Source: Octopus sinensis
Lineage: Eukaryota
Direction of reading: 5' to 3'
Assembly (NCBI RefSeq): GCF_006345805.1
Contig: NC_043003.1
Coordinates: 67,208,001-67,272,000, forward strand
DNA length: 64,000 nucleotides
Below are positions 25,700 to 38,944 of the stretch, in pieces. The translations under genes were made by a program, and so were the position numbers. The notes beneath the pieces were generated by a model. The model was not told the DNA's origin. It did no database searches and was given only the letters and a program-made list of their open reading frames with translations. Within the stretch, counting starts at the first letter, position 1, and each line of letters starts with the position of its first letter.

Positions 25700-26710
25700 A
25701 ATAAGGGGGAAATAGAGAGGTAATTAATAGAAGTATTTATTAATTATAAATATGACAACATCTCTGACAGCTGTTTCGAATCGGCCATCTTTCGATGATT
25801 AATTTATAAAATCAAATCATTATAAACTGAATCTCTTTAGAGGTAGTAAAGATCTACCGATTAGAAATACAGGTTGAGGTAACGGGTATAAAATCGTTAA
25901 CTGATATCGTATATACAAAAAGAACCAGTTGCAGAAGGCTTGAATTTTGACATAAGGGGAGAAGGTAATATATTATACGTCTTAAATAAAGAAAAGAAGA
26001 GATTAATATAATATCTTAGGGTATTGAGGATAAAAAGAAAAAAGAAAAAAGAAAAAAGGAAGCAGAAAAAACGCATTTATTTATAAATATATTATACTGA
26101 TGCCACAATCCAACACGGGGAGAAGGTAGTCTATATTTTATGTCTTAAAGAAAGGGAGTGATGAATATAACATCAAAGTGTATTGAGAAGGAGAAGAAAG
26201 GAAGGAAAAAAAGGAAGTAAAAAAATGTATGTATATATAAATAAAAAATGTCATATAATATGAAACTTATCTATAATACAAAAACTTAAAGTTATAAAAT
26301 TTAAGTCAAATAGAAACAAACAGTGGCAAATTATGTATTAACCAATGTTATCAGAAAGGAATAAATAATTTCAAAATATAATAAAATATAATAAAACTTA
26401 TTGTTTATGTTTATAATCATAATGCAATAAAATTTATTTAAACAAATAAATAAATAGCAAGTCTAGAATAATATGGAAAGAAAAAGTATCAAAAATACAA
26501 ACTATATCCGTTCATCCCTTAAGAAAATTTATTCCAAGCCTTTAGGGTAAAAAAAAAAACAATAATGATAAACTATTAGATATCAAAGAATTTTATAAAA
26601 TTTCAGACCTACCGCGTTCCATTAAATAAACCGGAAGTAAATATGCCATTAAGCATGCTTAAGGGGATCTGGGTAATATTAAGGTAATAAACATTATGTA
26701 AGAAGAAATA
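25700..26710 (-). mobile_element. Penelope-like terminal repeat region with degenerate hammerhead
   Basis: Starts after (TA)n with aataaggg like 6835. Minus strand CTAAAGA...GAAA-cagctg-TC-agag at about 25762-25843. Diverged ~160-bp tandem repeat at 25956 and 26117. Confidence 0.5.
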
Positions 26711-26754
26711 TTTATATATAAATACATAAATATAAATGCATAAATACATAAATG

Positions 26755-26935
26755 CTGGGGAAGGGGCCAGTTAGTTAGATCGACTCCAGTACGCAACTGG
26801 TACTTAATTTATCAATTCTGAAAGGGTGAAAGGCAAAGTCGACCCCGGCTGAATACGAACTCAGAACATTAAGACTGATGAAATACCGCTAAGCATTTCG
26901 CTCGGTGTGCTAACATTTCTGCCAGCTCACCCCTT
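26755..26935 (-). mobile_element. SINE type B
   Basis: aactggtactt...gaaaggcaaagtcgacc...ttctgccagctcacc. Confidence 0.82.
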
Positions 26936-28411
26936 TCAGATATCCATTTAATAATAACTGTTGGAACAATGTACTCAATGACACGGTAGAGATTAATAAT
27001 ATGTTATATATTATACATATCTGTATGCATATGTGTTTGTATGGGTGGGTGTATATGTTTGTATGTCTGAAATCTTTGGGTTGTGTACTGCGATGCATCT
27101 AAGCCAGAGAAAAGCGTATTTTTGAACGTCGTTGTTCAAGGTCAGTCATAGGTTTCTGCTTTTCGCTTCTATTGATATACGTTTTGCAATATATGCATTA
27201 ATTTCAACTTAAAACACATTCCGTATTGCTTGGTTTCAAAAACTGTGAACGAAGTGATATTTAAGGAGCAAGTAATGACATTCAAAATTCGATTTAGTAA
27301 GGCAATTCTTTGAAAATATATTAAAATTATGTGACACGAAATTCTTCTGGAGTGGAGAGGCTACGCCATTGTATAGGCCACGAATGGCAACGATCGAACT
27401 GCGACGAAAGAATTTTGATAATTGCCCGATGGTTTAACCAACTGATTAATCAAACAATCGATTAATAATTTGGTTAAATAGCTAACTATTTGGCAAACTT
27501 ATTTATATTAGCTATTGTGAAACTCGATAAAGATCGGAGACTGCTGCTGTTTTCCGAGACATATCAGATATCAGTGGATGTTACGTACTTCAAGATTTTC
27601 AAATTGGGATCGTAAATATGCGCAAATTAGTGTTCTATTATCTTTATAGCTTCTTGCTTGCAATACGTTGTTAATTGGATTCATTACGTTACATTATAGG
27701 ACTTTTGTGAATTCCCTTCCGTTTACGCTTCTGACAATAATTAAGCGTCAAATCTGCTTTTCATCCATTTGGGGGTTGATAAAACATAATACCGGCCAAG
27801 TGCTATTCAAAATTGCCTGCCACGGGAGTAAATTAAATTAATAGTTATTTTATGGCGTGGCAGGATGTCGGGAAAATGTCTTGTGATATGTTTGCATCTC
27901 CTTACATCTCCTTACACGTTCAAATGCTACCAAAATAAACTTTGCTTTTGATCGACTTATTCCTTCCCTTCCAAATTACTGGCCTTCATTATACAGAATA
28001 GTGGATTAGCAGAATCACTAAAATGCATTTCTTCCAAGACATTTTTGTTCAAATTTCCTGAGATAAATCACAGAAGTTCTCTCCTGCTAGAATTTAATGC
28101 ACAATCCTTAAATTCTCCAAAGCGCGTCAAATGATTTCTTAAATTACTAGCTGACCACGTTCCGTCAATAATGACAGCTAATTGTTTTACTTTAAATATA
28201 AATAAGGTGCAAAATAAGGTACATGATAATCACACATACAAACATTCACATACTTCCCTTGTACTCGCACACACATACACTCATATACTCACACAGAGTT
28301 GAAGCGCTGATTTTTTTAAAACTTCTTCCTTCCTTATTCATCTATCACCCCTTCCATTCTCACATTGCTATTATTTTCTCTAACTCCCTCTCAGTCAGGG
28401 CTATTAATCTC

Positions 28412-28442
<31 letters not shown>

Positions 28443-28521
28443 CTTCTTCTTCTTCTTCTTCTTCTTCTTCTTCTTCTTCTTCTTTTTCTTCTTCTTCTTC
28501 TTCTTCTTCTTCTTCTTCTTC
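28412..28521. repeat. (CTT)n microsatellite
   Basis: Directly visible. Confidence 0.95.
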
Positions 28522-28598
28522 ATTGAATTGCTATTTTCTCTCTGCTCCTCCGCGTCCGACGTGATTCTGGATAAATATATATATGTAACTGCCCGAAC

Positions 28599-28870
28599 CT
28601 GTAGAAATGAGTTGCGACGTATCTGGTGCCAAGCTGTATCATCCTTTGCCTTTCTCTTGGATAACACTGGTGTCGTGGACAGGGGAGGCTGGTATGCATG
28701 GGCGACTGCTGGTCTTCCATAAACAACCTTGCCCGGAGTTGTGCCTGGGAGGGTAACTTTCTAGGTGCAATCTCATGGTCTGTGTCGTGACCGAAGCGGG
28801 TCTCAGATAATAAGCATCACTTGGTCCGGGAATCGAAACCACGACCTTGCAATCGTGAATGCAACACACC
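28599..28870 (+). mobile_element. SINE type D 3' body followed by an inverted tRNA-head fragment
   Basis: 28599-28804 matches 48657-48860; about 28815-28870 is the reverse complement of a type C/D head. Confidence 0.8.
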
Positions 28871-29747
28871 TATGCATGTTTACACTTACTGTTTATTAAT
28901 ACTCTATTGCAATACTACTGACACAGATATTTTGATACTTATGAGTTCTATATTCTGTTCTGACGATGAATACAACGGCACCAAAGAAGCGAGACAACAC
29001 AAAAGTTGTTTTATCATTAATCAACAATAACGTTTCTTCTTCTTTGAGATTTTTCATCAATTAATCTGTCATAATGAGTTCTAAGTGAAATTTATGTATT
29101 TTATTGACTCTCGAACAGTGTGTCTTAACCATTTTTTATTATCATTTATAGACCCTCTTCGATTGCTATTCAACCCTCAATTCGATGTTTAATAGATATT
29201 TTTTTTATATTAAATAATATTAAGAATTATTTAAAAAGATGTTGAAATATTTTGTGTACGGAAGAAGTATGACTCATTTATCGCACGTAAGTTTTAACAA
29301 AATATTATATCGACGCCACCTAACCCACGGCTATATGGACCCCGTTTGAAACCCCCTACTATAAAATACAAATGACATATATTTCATAAATCAATGAGCG
29401 TCGGAGCTATATTTAAGTTCCTTTAATAGTGATACGAATCTAATAATTCATAGATATTTAGTCCTTTGTCGAGCAGTTTTACTGCCATCCCGTCACCTTC
29501 AATTCGTTTTTATTGATAGTATTCTATACATTTGTATGAAGACACTGAAAAAAATTTACATTGAAAGAAAATTCAATTGACATTTCTTTTTAGAGAATTC
29601 ACATAAATAATAACACCAGCAAATAAACATAAAAGAATGAAACACATTATGAAAAATGTATTTTGTGATTGTTATTAAAAATAAATATACGTACTTATGT
29701 ATAAGATATACGTATCTATGTATCTATCTTCCTGTCAGTCTCTCTCC

Positions 29748-29838
<91 letters not shown>

Positions 29839-29851
29839 CCTATCTATCTAT
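29748..29851. repeat. (TATC)n microsatellite
   Basis: Directly visible. Confidence 0.95.
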
Positions 29852-29859
29852 CAACATAT

Positions 29860-29906
<47 letters not shown>

Positions 29907-30509
29907 GTCTGTGTATTTATTTATTAACATAGCTATCTCTGTATCACACACACACACACACCTTTGAACTGTCTGGAAACAGTTTCAACAGTAGTGATTA
30001 GGAAACATTTTGATTGTTCTTGTAATATATTGCCTTATTTCTATCTATCAAATTATATATTCATCTTAATCTAAGCGGAATGTGTGTGACAAGATTACTA
30101 AAATACTGTTTATACTAATGATTGGACGCTAAACATTAGCCAAAAATACAGTTACGATTTCATTCTGTGAATCTAATGCATTTGTTATATAACTTTACTG
30201 CACTAATACGTTGTACGAGGATAGCCATCAGATAACGAAAGTGTCTTTTTATATCATAGAAACGCGGAAATGTTTTAGATTAAACCTAACAGAAAAAATG
30301 ACGGACCGCAATAATAAGAAATAGAGAGAGAAAAAGAGAATCTAACTGAATGAGGGAAAGAAAAGTACAAGAGATGTATCAGGATTCATGTGATTAACAT
30401 TTATGTAAAATACTTTGACATTTACAAATACGTTTTATCTACGATATTTTGTGAGCCCTCAAGCCAGGAGGATGCAGATAGCATGGTAGTGAATGGAAGA
30501 TATACACGC

Positions 30510-30542
<33 letters not shown>

Positions 30543-30679
30543 CGTGTGTATGTGTGTGTGTTTGTGTGTAGGGAGAGGTAGGTTAAAGATTGAGAAAGTG
30601 GTGTAGACGCAGAAAACTGGAAGTGCGTGCTATTTTGTATTTCAGGGTGGATATTTTTCAGGCAAATCTTCAAATAACA

Positions 30680-30826
30680 TCGTCGTCGTCATCTTCTTCT
30701 TCTTCTCTTCTTCTTCTTCTTCTTCTTCTTCTTCTTCTTCTTCTTCTTCTTCTTCTACTACTCCTCCTTCGCCTTCTCCTTTCTTTTCTTCTTCTTCTTC
30801 TGCTGCTGCTGCTGATGATGATGATG
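30680..30826. repeat. Compound (CGT)/(CTT)/(CTG)/(ATG) trinucleotide microsatellite
   Basis: Directly visible. Confidence 0.9.
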
Positions 30827-30986
30827 ACAGAAGCACGGTAACGTGGCTAAGTTTGTCCACTGGAGGTTGGGCGAGAAGTACGGCCTCAATAGAGTACCGG
30901 ATGGTGCTTGAAAAATAAGTAGATGTAAGAGCCTTGCACAAAAAGAATACAAGCGCCCCCATGATAAAATGTATGTGCGTGTGTAT

Positions 30987-31532
30987 CTTCACTGGTTCTT
31001 ATGCCGCAAATACCAATATGAAGTAACAGAGAACAGGTATGAGCTTGTACCAAGTAAAGTTATGCAGGAGGATGGAAAAGTAACGATGATTTTCAAACGG
31101 ATCGTGTAATCGAACACCGTCGGCTGGATATTGTTATATTGAGTAAGAGAGACAAATGCTGCCAGATCATTGATTTAGCCATATCAAATGACATGAATGT
31201 TGCAAGTAAAGAGGTTCAAAACTTTGTTAAGTACTCCGAATTGAAAATGGAACTAGCAAGACTGTATGGAATGCGAGAGGGTAATGTAAAAGTGATACCA
31301 GTGATGATCGGAGCGTTGGGTTCAATCCCATTGGAACTCCAAGACTTCTTAAGGTAACTGAAAATCCCATGCACGATTAATGTCTTGCAAAAACAGCCTT
31401 ATTGGGTACAGCGCACATCTTAAGGAAAGTATAATCTGTCTGAGTTCATTGTTGTGACTTGACAGATGACTAAAACTCCGGTGCATTTTTACCTACACTG
31501 TGTTACGAAGGAATAATAATAATAATAATAAT
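30987..31532 (+). mobile_element. 3' end of R4/Dong-type RLE non-LTR retrotransposon ending in (TAA)n
   Basis: HWFLCRKY, FQTDRVIEHRRLDIV...IIDLAI...KE..KY (PD-(D/E)xK restriction-like endonuclease), VIPVMIGALG, LLGTAHILRKV, then UTR and (TAA)n. Confidence 0.85.
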
Positions 31533-31699
31533 CCTTTCTACTATAGGCACCGACCTAAACTGCTAGTTAGTTTATCGACCGTGAAATGATGAAAGGCAAA
31601 ATCAACTTCGGCGGAATTTGAGCTCAGAACGTAGCGACGGGTGAAATATCGGTATGCATTTCCTCTAGCGTGCTAACGATCCCGCCACCTCACCGCCTT
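31533..31699 (-). mobile_element. SINE type B, tail-to-tail with the R4/Dong fragment
   Basis: cctttctactataggcac...gaaaggcaaa...caccgcctt. Confidence 0.8.
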
Positions 31700-31719
31700 C
31701 TACAATAATAGTAATAATC

Positions 31720-33890
31720 GGAATTCAAGGCTACTGGCTCAACTGGTTTCGGTTAATACAGATGAGAATTGCGTTGCAATTAGACTATTGCTTACAGAGC
31801 GGTACAGTTCCGGTGTAGATGGTAGAGAGAAGAACAACATTGGTAATGATCGATCGGTCAAAGGGCCATAAGGATGGCAATTACCGACCAACTGCTTGCC
31901 TTAACCTCCTATGGAAAGTATTAACAGGTTCCTTCATAGGGAAAATATATACGTTACTTGCGGAAAACAATCTTCTTCCAGCAGAAAAAATGGGATGCTA
32001 AAAAGGATCCTAGGGCCCCAAGGACCACTTTGTGATAAACATAATGAAAAACTGGAAACGGTAACAAAATCTTTATGCCTGGCTTGGATAGACTTCAAAA
32101 AGGATTATATGTTGCCGCATTCGTGGATTTTGGAAACACTCGACATGTGTGGAATAGATGAGAACGTGTGTGCACTGATTAAGAGCAGCATGTCTAGTTG
32201 GAAAACGCGTCTTTCATGTAACAACAAGCACTTAGCCGAGGTAACAATCAAAAGGATCCACTTTTTCTTCATGGATAATTTAAAACTGTTCGCAAAAACA
32301 GAGCCTGAAATGGAGAGGCTAGTTGAGACTGTGCAACTATGCAGTAAGTATATTGGGATGGAATTTGATATCTCGAAGTGTACGGTACTTACTTTTGAAG
32401 AGAGGGGAGAGAGTAAATTGTAGAGGCATAGAATTGTCAAACGGAGAGAGAATGTAAAATCCGGATGATGTTGGGTACAAGTACCTTGGATCCTGGAGCT
32501 GGATAATATCTTACACAGAGAAATGAAAGACAAGGTCACCATTGCATATTTCAAGCGACGCAAACTTCTCTTGAAATCAAAACTCAACTCAAAGAACCTT
32601 GTTACTGCCATCAACATATGGGCTGTTGCTGTAGCCCGCTATAATACACCCATCTTCAGATTGACCAACTCAATCGCACTACCCGAAAGACAATGACACT
32701 GCATAATGCCCTCCACTCTAAGGCAAATATATACAGGCTCTACATGAAGAGAGGTAAGGGTGGACGTGAGCTGATTTGTGTAAGCGAGTGCATCAAGAGT
32801 GAAAGAAGAAACATTGTAAAATTTATGGTAACCAGCAAAGAAAACCTGCTACTGTGCAGTAGAAGTTAACAAAAATGGACTTGACTGTGCCCATGAATTC
32901 CGCACAAGATCATCCAATGAGAGAGAAGAAACCCTACTCCGTTTGGAATTACATGCTTGTCAGTTGTTTGAACTTAACCAGTTGAGCATGTCCGATGGTG
33001 GCTGACGACATGTGCATCTCTGATCACGAGCAGAAGTAGTGGGGAAGCATCATAGCCATGTGTAGAGAGGAATTATTTGAGGTTTCCATAATTCACCTCT
33101 GGAAACACATGGTGAACTCCTATGGAATTATATGGTGAACACCTATGAAATTACATGGTCAGCTCCGTCGTGAAACCAACAAATTAAAAGACCAGAAAGC
33201 ATCATGGAGGTGGCTCAACGAGAGTGACCAAAAAAAGAATACTGAAAACCTAATCATCGCGGCCCAGGATCAGGCATGGAATACCAACTCAGTAAAAAAT
33301 AATATATACCACACAAATGCATTAGACCTCTGCAGAATGAGTGGGAAGAGGGTCGAGGTTGTGACTCACATTGTTAACGCTTGTGAAAGTCTTGCGCAAA
33401 AAGAGTACAAGCGTAGGCACGACAAAGTAGCCCTAAAACTCCACTGGTGACTATGCCGTAAGTATGGATATGAGGTTACTCGTGTTTGGTAACAACATAC
33501 ACCGGAAAATGTAATGGAGGGAAAGGAGAGGCAAAAATCTTGATTTCCAGACAGACAAGGTGTTAGAGCACCGAAGGCCGGATATAGTAACCTTTAGGAG
33601 GGATAAACAAGAGTGCCTAATAATAGACGTAGAAGTGCTAGGAGAACAACATATCATCATAAAAGAAAGAGAAAAAGTTGATAAATATGGAGGCCCGAGA
33701 AATGATATCGCTAAGATGTGGCAGCTATGAGAGTGGAAGTATTAAAAGTTACCCCTATTGTCATCGGAGCATTGGGTTCAATACCTCCCAATCTGAAAAA
33801 AGCATCTGAAAACCTTTGAAATACCCTACAATCTAGATGTATTGCAATATCTTCATCAACCATCTCACGATATTGTATACTGTGCGAAGT
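31720..33890 (+). mobile_element. Decayed 5'-truncated R4/Dong-type RLE non-LTR retrotransposon (RT, CCHC-like region, endonuclease)
   Basis: GIQGYWL, NYRPTACLNLLWK, AWIDFKK..LPHSWI, FMDNLKLFA, IGMEFDISKC, LIIAAQDQA, CRM....E..THIVNAC..LAQKEYKRRHD, RPDIV..IIDV, IVIGALG. The QGD motif is deleted and there are many stops. Bounded by TAA repeats. Confidence 0.88.
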
Positions 33891-33891
33891 C

Positions 33892-33938
<47 letters not shown>

Positions 33939-34028
33939 TGATGATCTAAATAATAATAATGATAATAATAATTATTATTATTATTGTTAATATTATGATA
34001 AGGATGATGATGTTGATGATGATGATGC

Positions 34029-34060
<32 letters not shown>

Positions 34061-34068
34061 GTGATGAT
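33891..34068. repeat. (TAA)n/(TGA)n compound microsatellite
   Basis: Directly visible. Confidence 0.9.
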
Positions 34069-34582
34069 GAAACATTAGCACGCCGTGCGAAATGCTTAAC
34101 GGCATTTCGTCTGCTGTTACGTTCTGATTTCAAATTCCGCCGAAGTCGACTTTGCCTTTCATCCTTTCGGGGTCGATTAAATAAGTACCAGTTACGCACT
34201 GGGGTCAACATAATCGACTTAATCCGTTTGTCTGTCCTTGTTTTCCTCTCTGTGTTTATCTCCTTGAGAGTAATAAAGAAATAGGTATTTCGTCCGTCTT
34301 CAAAATCTGATTTCAAACTCCACTGAGGTCGACTTTCGGGATCGATAAATTAAGCAGAAGTGAAATACTGGGGTCGATATAATTGACCAGTCCCCTCCAC
34401 CGAAATTCCAGGCCTTGTGCCATTAGTAGAAAGGCCAGGTTCGTTAGAATGCCGGGTGACATGTTTAGCAGTATTTCGTCTGCCGTTACTTTCGGGGTCG
34501 ATTAAATACGTACCAGTTACGCGCTGGTGTAGATGTAATCGACTTAATCCCATCCTCCAACCTGCGGCGGAAATTTGAACTC
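34068..34582 (+). mobile_element. Head-to-tail cluster of about three SINE B copies/fragments
   Basis: gtatttcgtc/gtcgactt/ggggtcgat blocks recur at about 34100, 34286 and 34470. Confidence 0.75.
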
Positions 34583-34595
34583 ATTATTATTATTA

Positions 34596-34643
<48 letters not shown>

Positions 34644-34675
34644 TATTATTATGATCTATTATTATTATTGTTATC

Positions 34676-34733
<58 letters not shown>

Positions 34734-34926
34734 TAGTAGTAGTAGATTTATTTGAATGAACGCCTGAAAAATGTGTGCCCTGGAATACAAATGCGTATAC
34801 ACATCTGCGTGTCTCTATCCCCATCACACTTTATTTATCGAAACCTATCTCTCCCTACGCACTCTCCCACATACATACACTTACATAATACATGTGTGTG
34901 TATATATATATATGTATATATATATA

Positions 34927-34976
<50 letters not shown>

Positions 34977-35082
34977 ATATGTAGATATTTATACATATAT
35001 ATATGTATATACGTATATATATATATATATATCTATCATATATATATATATATACATATGTATACATATATGTGTATATGTA

Positions 35083-35129
<47 letters not shown>

Positions 35130-35249
35130 ATATATATACATACTCCTTTATATACCATATTAATATACTAATACATACATACACTTATATATAATACATA
35201 CAGACATACTTATATACATATATATATATATATATATATAATACATACA

Positions 35250-35297
<48 letters not shown>

Positions 35298-36391
35298 TGT
35301 AGAATACATATATACTTATATACATATATATATATATATAGGAAGGAGAAATTATATAATGTGACATGACACAGTATTACTGCAACGTTGCTTCAGGGAA
35401 TTTTACGATATTGATACACTTCTAATATTTGTTACATGGAAACTACTACAAAATGTCGTTGGATCTCTTCTGTTTAATTCAATAACGCGAAGTTTGTTTC
35501 AAAAGCATATTAAACTTGCCATTTGGAGAGGATATACGCTTTATCTCACAAACATGTTTTACCCTACGGTAGATATATATTACATGTTTTAAGTAAATAC
35601 CGAACAGAGAAAGCGTAACTTTTGTCATCTCAAAACTAAATTGAATCGTGGAAGATTTATTTGCAATAATTACCAATTTCTCTCCCTCGTTCTTGTTTTA
35701 TTTTATTCTTGCTTTTCTTTCTTTCTTTCTTTCATTCTTTTTATTTATCTTTCTTTCTTTTCTCTTCCTATCAGTTCTCATTCCTCTCTTATTTCGCTGT
35801 CAGTATCTGTCATTTTCCATGAATGTCAATTTGTCGTTCGTTTTTCTTCTCTTCTGTTTCACTTCTCCTAATAACTTTGAGGTTCAATATAGAAACTTTT
35901 AGCATTTGAATCTAAATATGCCTTAATACAGTGAATCACGCATTAGCTATGTTTATGAAGAGTTACCCAAAAGAACGTGATAATTTGTTATCTTTTTAGA
36001 GTAAACATATAAATCAAATGGTCCCTCATATGAATGAGAAATACAGGGCTTGTGGTTCATCTCCTGGTGGTTTCAGCCCTTGTTGTATTCGTAGTAATAT
36101 TATTGGTAATCCTTTGAATTCTATAACCAGCATCCAACTTATTCCAAGATGACAGCTATTTGATTGCTTCTCGATTTCCTTCGGGCAATACTGTAGTCAG
36201 AAATAATTAAAATACATTTCATTGTATACAAGTCTCCATTCCTGTTCTTCATATGTATATTAGCAATTTTCTCTTTAATTTTCTGGTCGAATTGTAAAGC
36301 ATGTTTCATTTAGTTGTAGCAATTTTGCTTTCAGGTCCCGTGTTTTGTTACTCGTTCATAACACTCCTTTCTCGTTTCGTTATTCCTATTA

Positions 36392-36570
36392 CAGTAATCC
36401 TTCACCTTATCGCGGTTCACTTATCGCGCACTCAGTATATGTAAATTTATATTGCGGATTCTTCAGTATATCGTGGATTTCTGCGAACGATATGTGTGTA
36501 TATTTTTTTAGATTTTAATTTTATTTTTCTGTGGGGGGCTTTGGAACGTAACACACGAGATAGTCGAGAA
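36392..36570. mobile_element. pogo/Tigger-like MITE remnant
   Basis: Starts TA|cagtaatcc..ttatcgcgg with repeated tatcgcg motifs; right end decayed (cgagatagtcgag). Confidence 0.45.
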
Positions 36571-36669
36571 GGCGCCCAGAAAAAATATCACGCAAGATCA
36601 GTTCTTCATGATTCAATTCGGTTTTGAGATGACAATAGTTACATATTCTCTCATCATTTACTCTCGCTT

Positions 36670-36865
36670 GTTTGTGTGTCGGTGTTTGTACCTCAACCAT
36701 CGCGTGACAAACGATGTCGGTGTGTTTACGTCCCCGTAACCTAGCGATTCGGTAAAAGATTTGATAGAATAAGTACTAGGCTTACAAAGAATAAGTCCTT
36801 GGGTCGATTTGTTCGCCTAAAGGCGGTGCTCCAGCATGGCCGCAGTCAAATGACTGAAAAAAAGA
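36670..36865 (+). mobile_element. SINE type A, 3' half
   Basis: ggtgtgtttacgtccccgtaac...aaggcggtgctccagcatggccgcagtcaaatgactgaaa. Confidence 0.85.
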
Positions 36866-37917
36866 ATATATAATATAAGAAAAGACCTATTCATCGAACA
36901 ACAAAATGAATCTTCTGAACCGACAAGCATATTTACTCATTCGACGCCTGTGTAGTAGTAGTAAACAGTCTCATACACACACTCTGATAAACACAAACAC
37001 ACTCACATAAACACACACAAACACAGACGCGTGCACACAAACATACAGATATACACTCACGCGCGTGCACACGTGTGTGTGTGTGTATCTGCATCTGTGT
37101 CTGTCTGTGTGAGCGCGACCCTGTGTAAATGGGCCTAATGCATATGTATGTTTGTATTTGCTTTTTTTATTAATTAAACGGATTGAAACCGCTGCACTGA
37201 AATAAGATATTTCCCCTCGAAACTGTAAAAAAATTAGCTATTAGATTAAAAGTAATCGATAAAAAACGTACTAGTCTAAAGTTGTTCGAATGATCGATGT
37301 GATTGGCTGAATCACTTAAAGGATGCTTAACAGCATTGCTACACTCTCAGGACAGAAAGGAAATCTGAAAATAATAAATAATTACGAAAACCAGTAAAAA
37401 ATAAATAAAAATTAGTTTCTATTCTTTAAATTGTTAATCTAATAATCTATATATGACCTCGGAGTGTGATTACTTCATTAAAATATTATTTGTTTTAATG
37501 ATGGTCATTTATTATATGAAACACGAGAATAATTTTCAATATTAATGCCAAGAATTATTAAATACATTCAATGTTTAATTTCTAAATAAATAATAAAATT
37601 TAAAACGCAAACGGAATATTTTTAGAAGCACAGAATGAAGCTATAAATCGGCGTAGCTAGTCGTCGAATATTCTACAAAGATAGTATTTGGAATTGAAAA
37701 TGTGGCTTTGTATTATCATTATTGATGTTTATTACAAATTTAAACACCTTAACCGGAAGAGTCAAACAATTTAATATTCAAAACACTGCTGATGGATTCT
37801 AACTTTAAATTTTTACTGATAGTTCATAGTTGTATTTGGTTTTCAAGATACTTGATGTGAATTTTGTGTGTTGAGAGAAATCTAGTTTCGGATTAGGAAG
37901 ATAACTGCGTAAGCCAT

Positions 37918-38125
37918 AATCCTTTCTACTATAGGCACAAGGCCTGCAATTTGGGGGAGGCAGGATAGTCGATTACATCGACCGCAGTACTCAACTGGTA
38001 CTTATTTACTCGACCCTGAAAGGATGAAAGGCAAAGATGACCTCGGTGGAATTTGAAGTCAGAATGTAAGGTCGGACGAAATGTAGCAAAGCATTTCAAC
38101 CGGCGCGCTAACGATTCTGCCAGCC
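37918..38125 (-). mobile_element. SINE type B
   Basis: aatcctttctactataggcacaagg...aggatgaaaggcaaag...gattctgccagc. Confidence 0.85.
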
Positions 38126-38140
38126 TAATTGTGCCAGTAA

Positions 38141-38377
38141 TAATAACACACGTGCTGGTCCAATGTCACGTCTTTATTGATAGTCAGAGCAGACCTTGAA
38201 GAGAAGGTTAGTCATTGAAATGGTCGCAGATAGTGACGAAAGGACTTCGGCTAACAAAGAACCGATTGATTGTTTAATAGAACATTAAAAAAACAACAAC
38301 AATTAGTTAGTTGGTTAGATATTCAATCAAGTGACTAACAATAAAGAAGTGATATCGTACCAGTGCGTGTGTTATTA
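38141..38377. mobile_element. MITE with 46-bp imperfect terminal inverted repeats
   Basis: 38141-38186 taataacacacgtgctggtccaatgtcacgtctttattgatagtca versus reverse complement of 38332-38377 taataacacacgcactggtacgatatcacttctttattgttagtca; TAA on both flanks. Confidence 0.8.
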
Positions 38378-38944
38378 TAATTTGTATAATGACCTGCGCA
38401 AGAAATAGTAAGTTTTAATGATTGTTTGAATTAAAATATGAAAAGCAGCACATAGGGGTAAAGCACACAGCACCATCCGGATGTCGTTTACTTTATTAAC
38501 ATGAGTGGACTTTTGAAAAAAAAATACAGAATTGATGGCATGAGACAATTTGGACTTCAGACTCGATATTCATCTTGTTTTGGTTAGAACACATTTTAGC
38601 CATGGAGGTACATATGTGCGCGTGGGGAAACGCAGACGTATGCAGAAATATATGCATACATCTAGACAGTAAGGAAGGGAGAGAACGAGAGAATGGGAGA
38701 GAGAGAAAGAAACTGACAGACAGTCAGTCAGAGAGACAGAGCGAGAAAAACAGAGGGGCGGACAGATAGACAAACATATAGAAGCAGAAAGATATTTTAA
38801 ATGTTTGATATCAAATAAGTCATCATTGAAACAGCGATGGCAAGTAGATAGAAACGGCCGTGAAAATAACTCATAGTCTAGAATATGTTAGCATGCATTG
38901 TATATATAAAAGTTTTACATGGTTGATACTGTAGTGACAATTAT

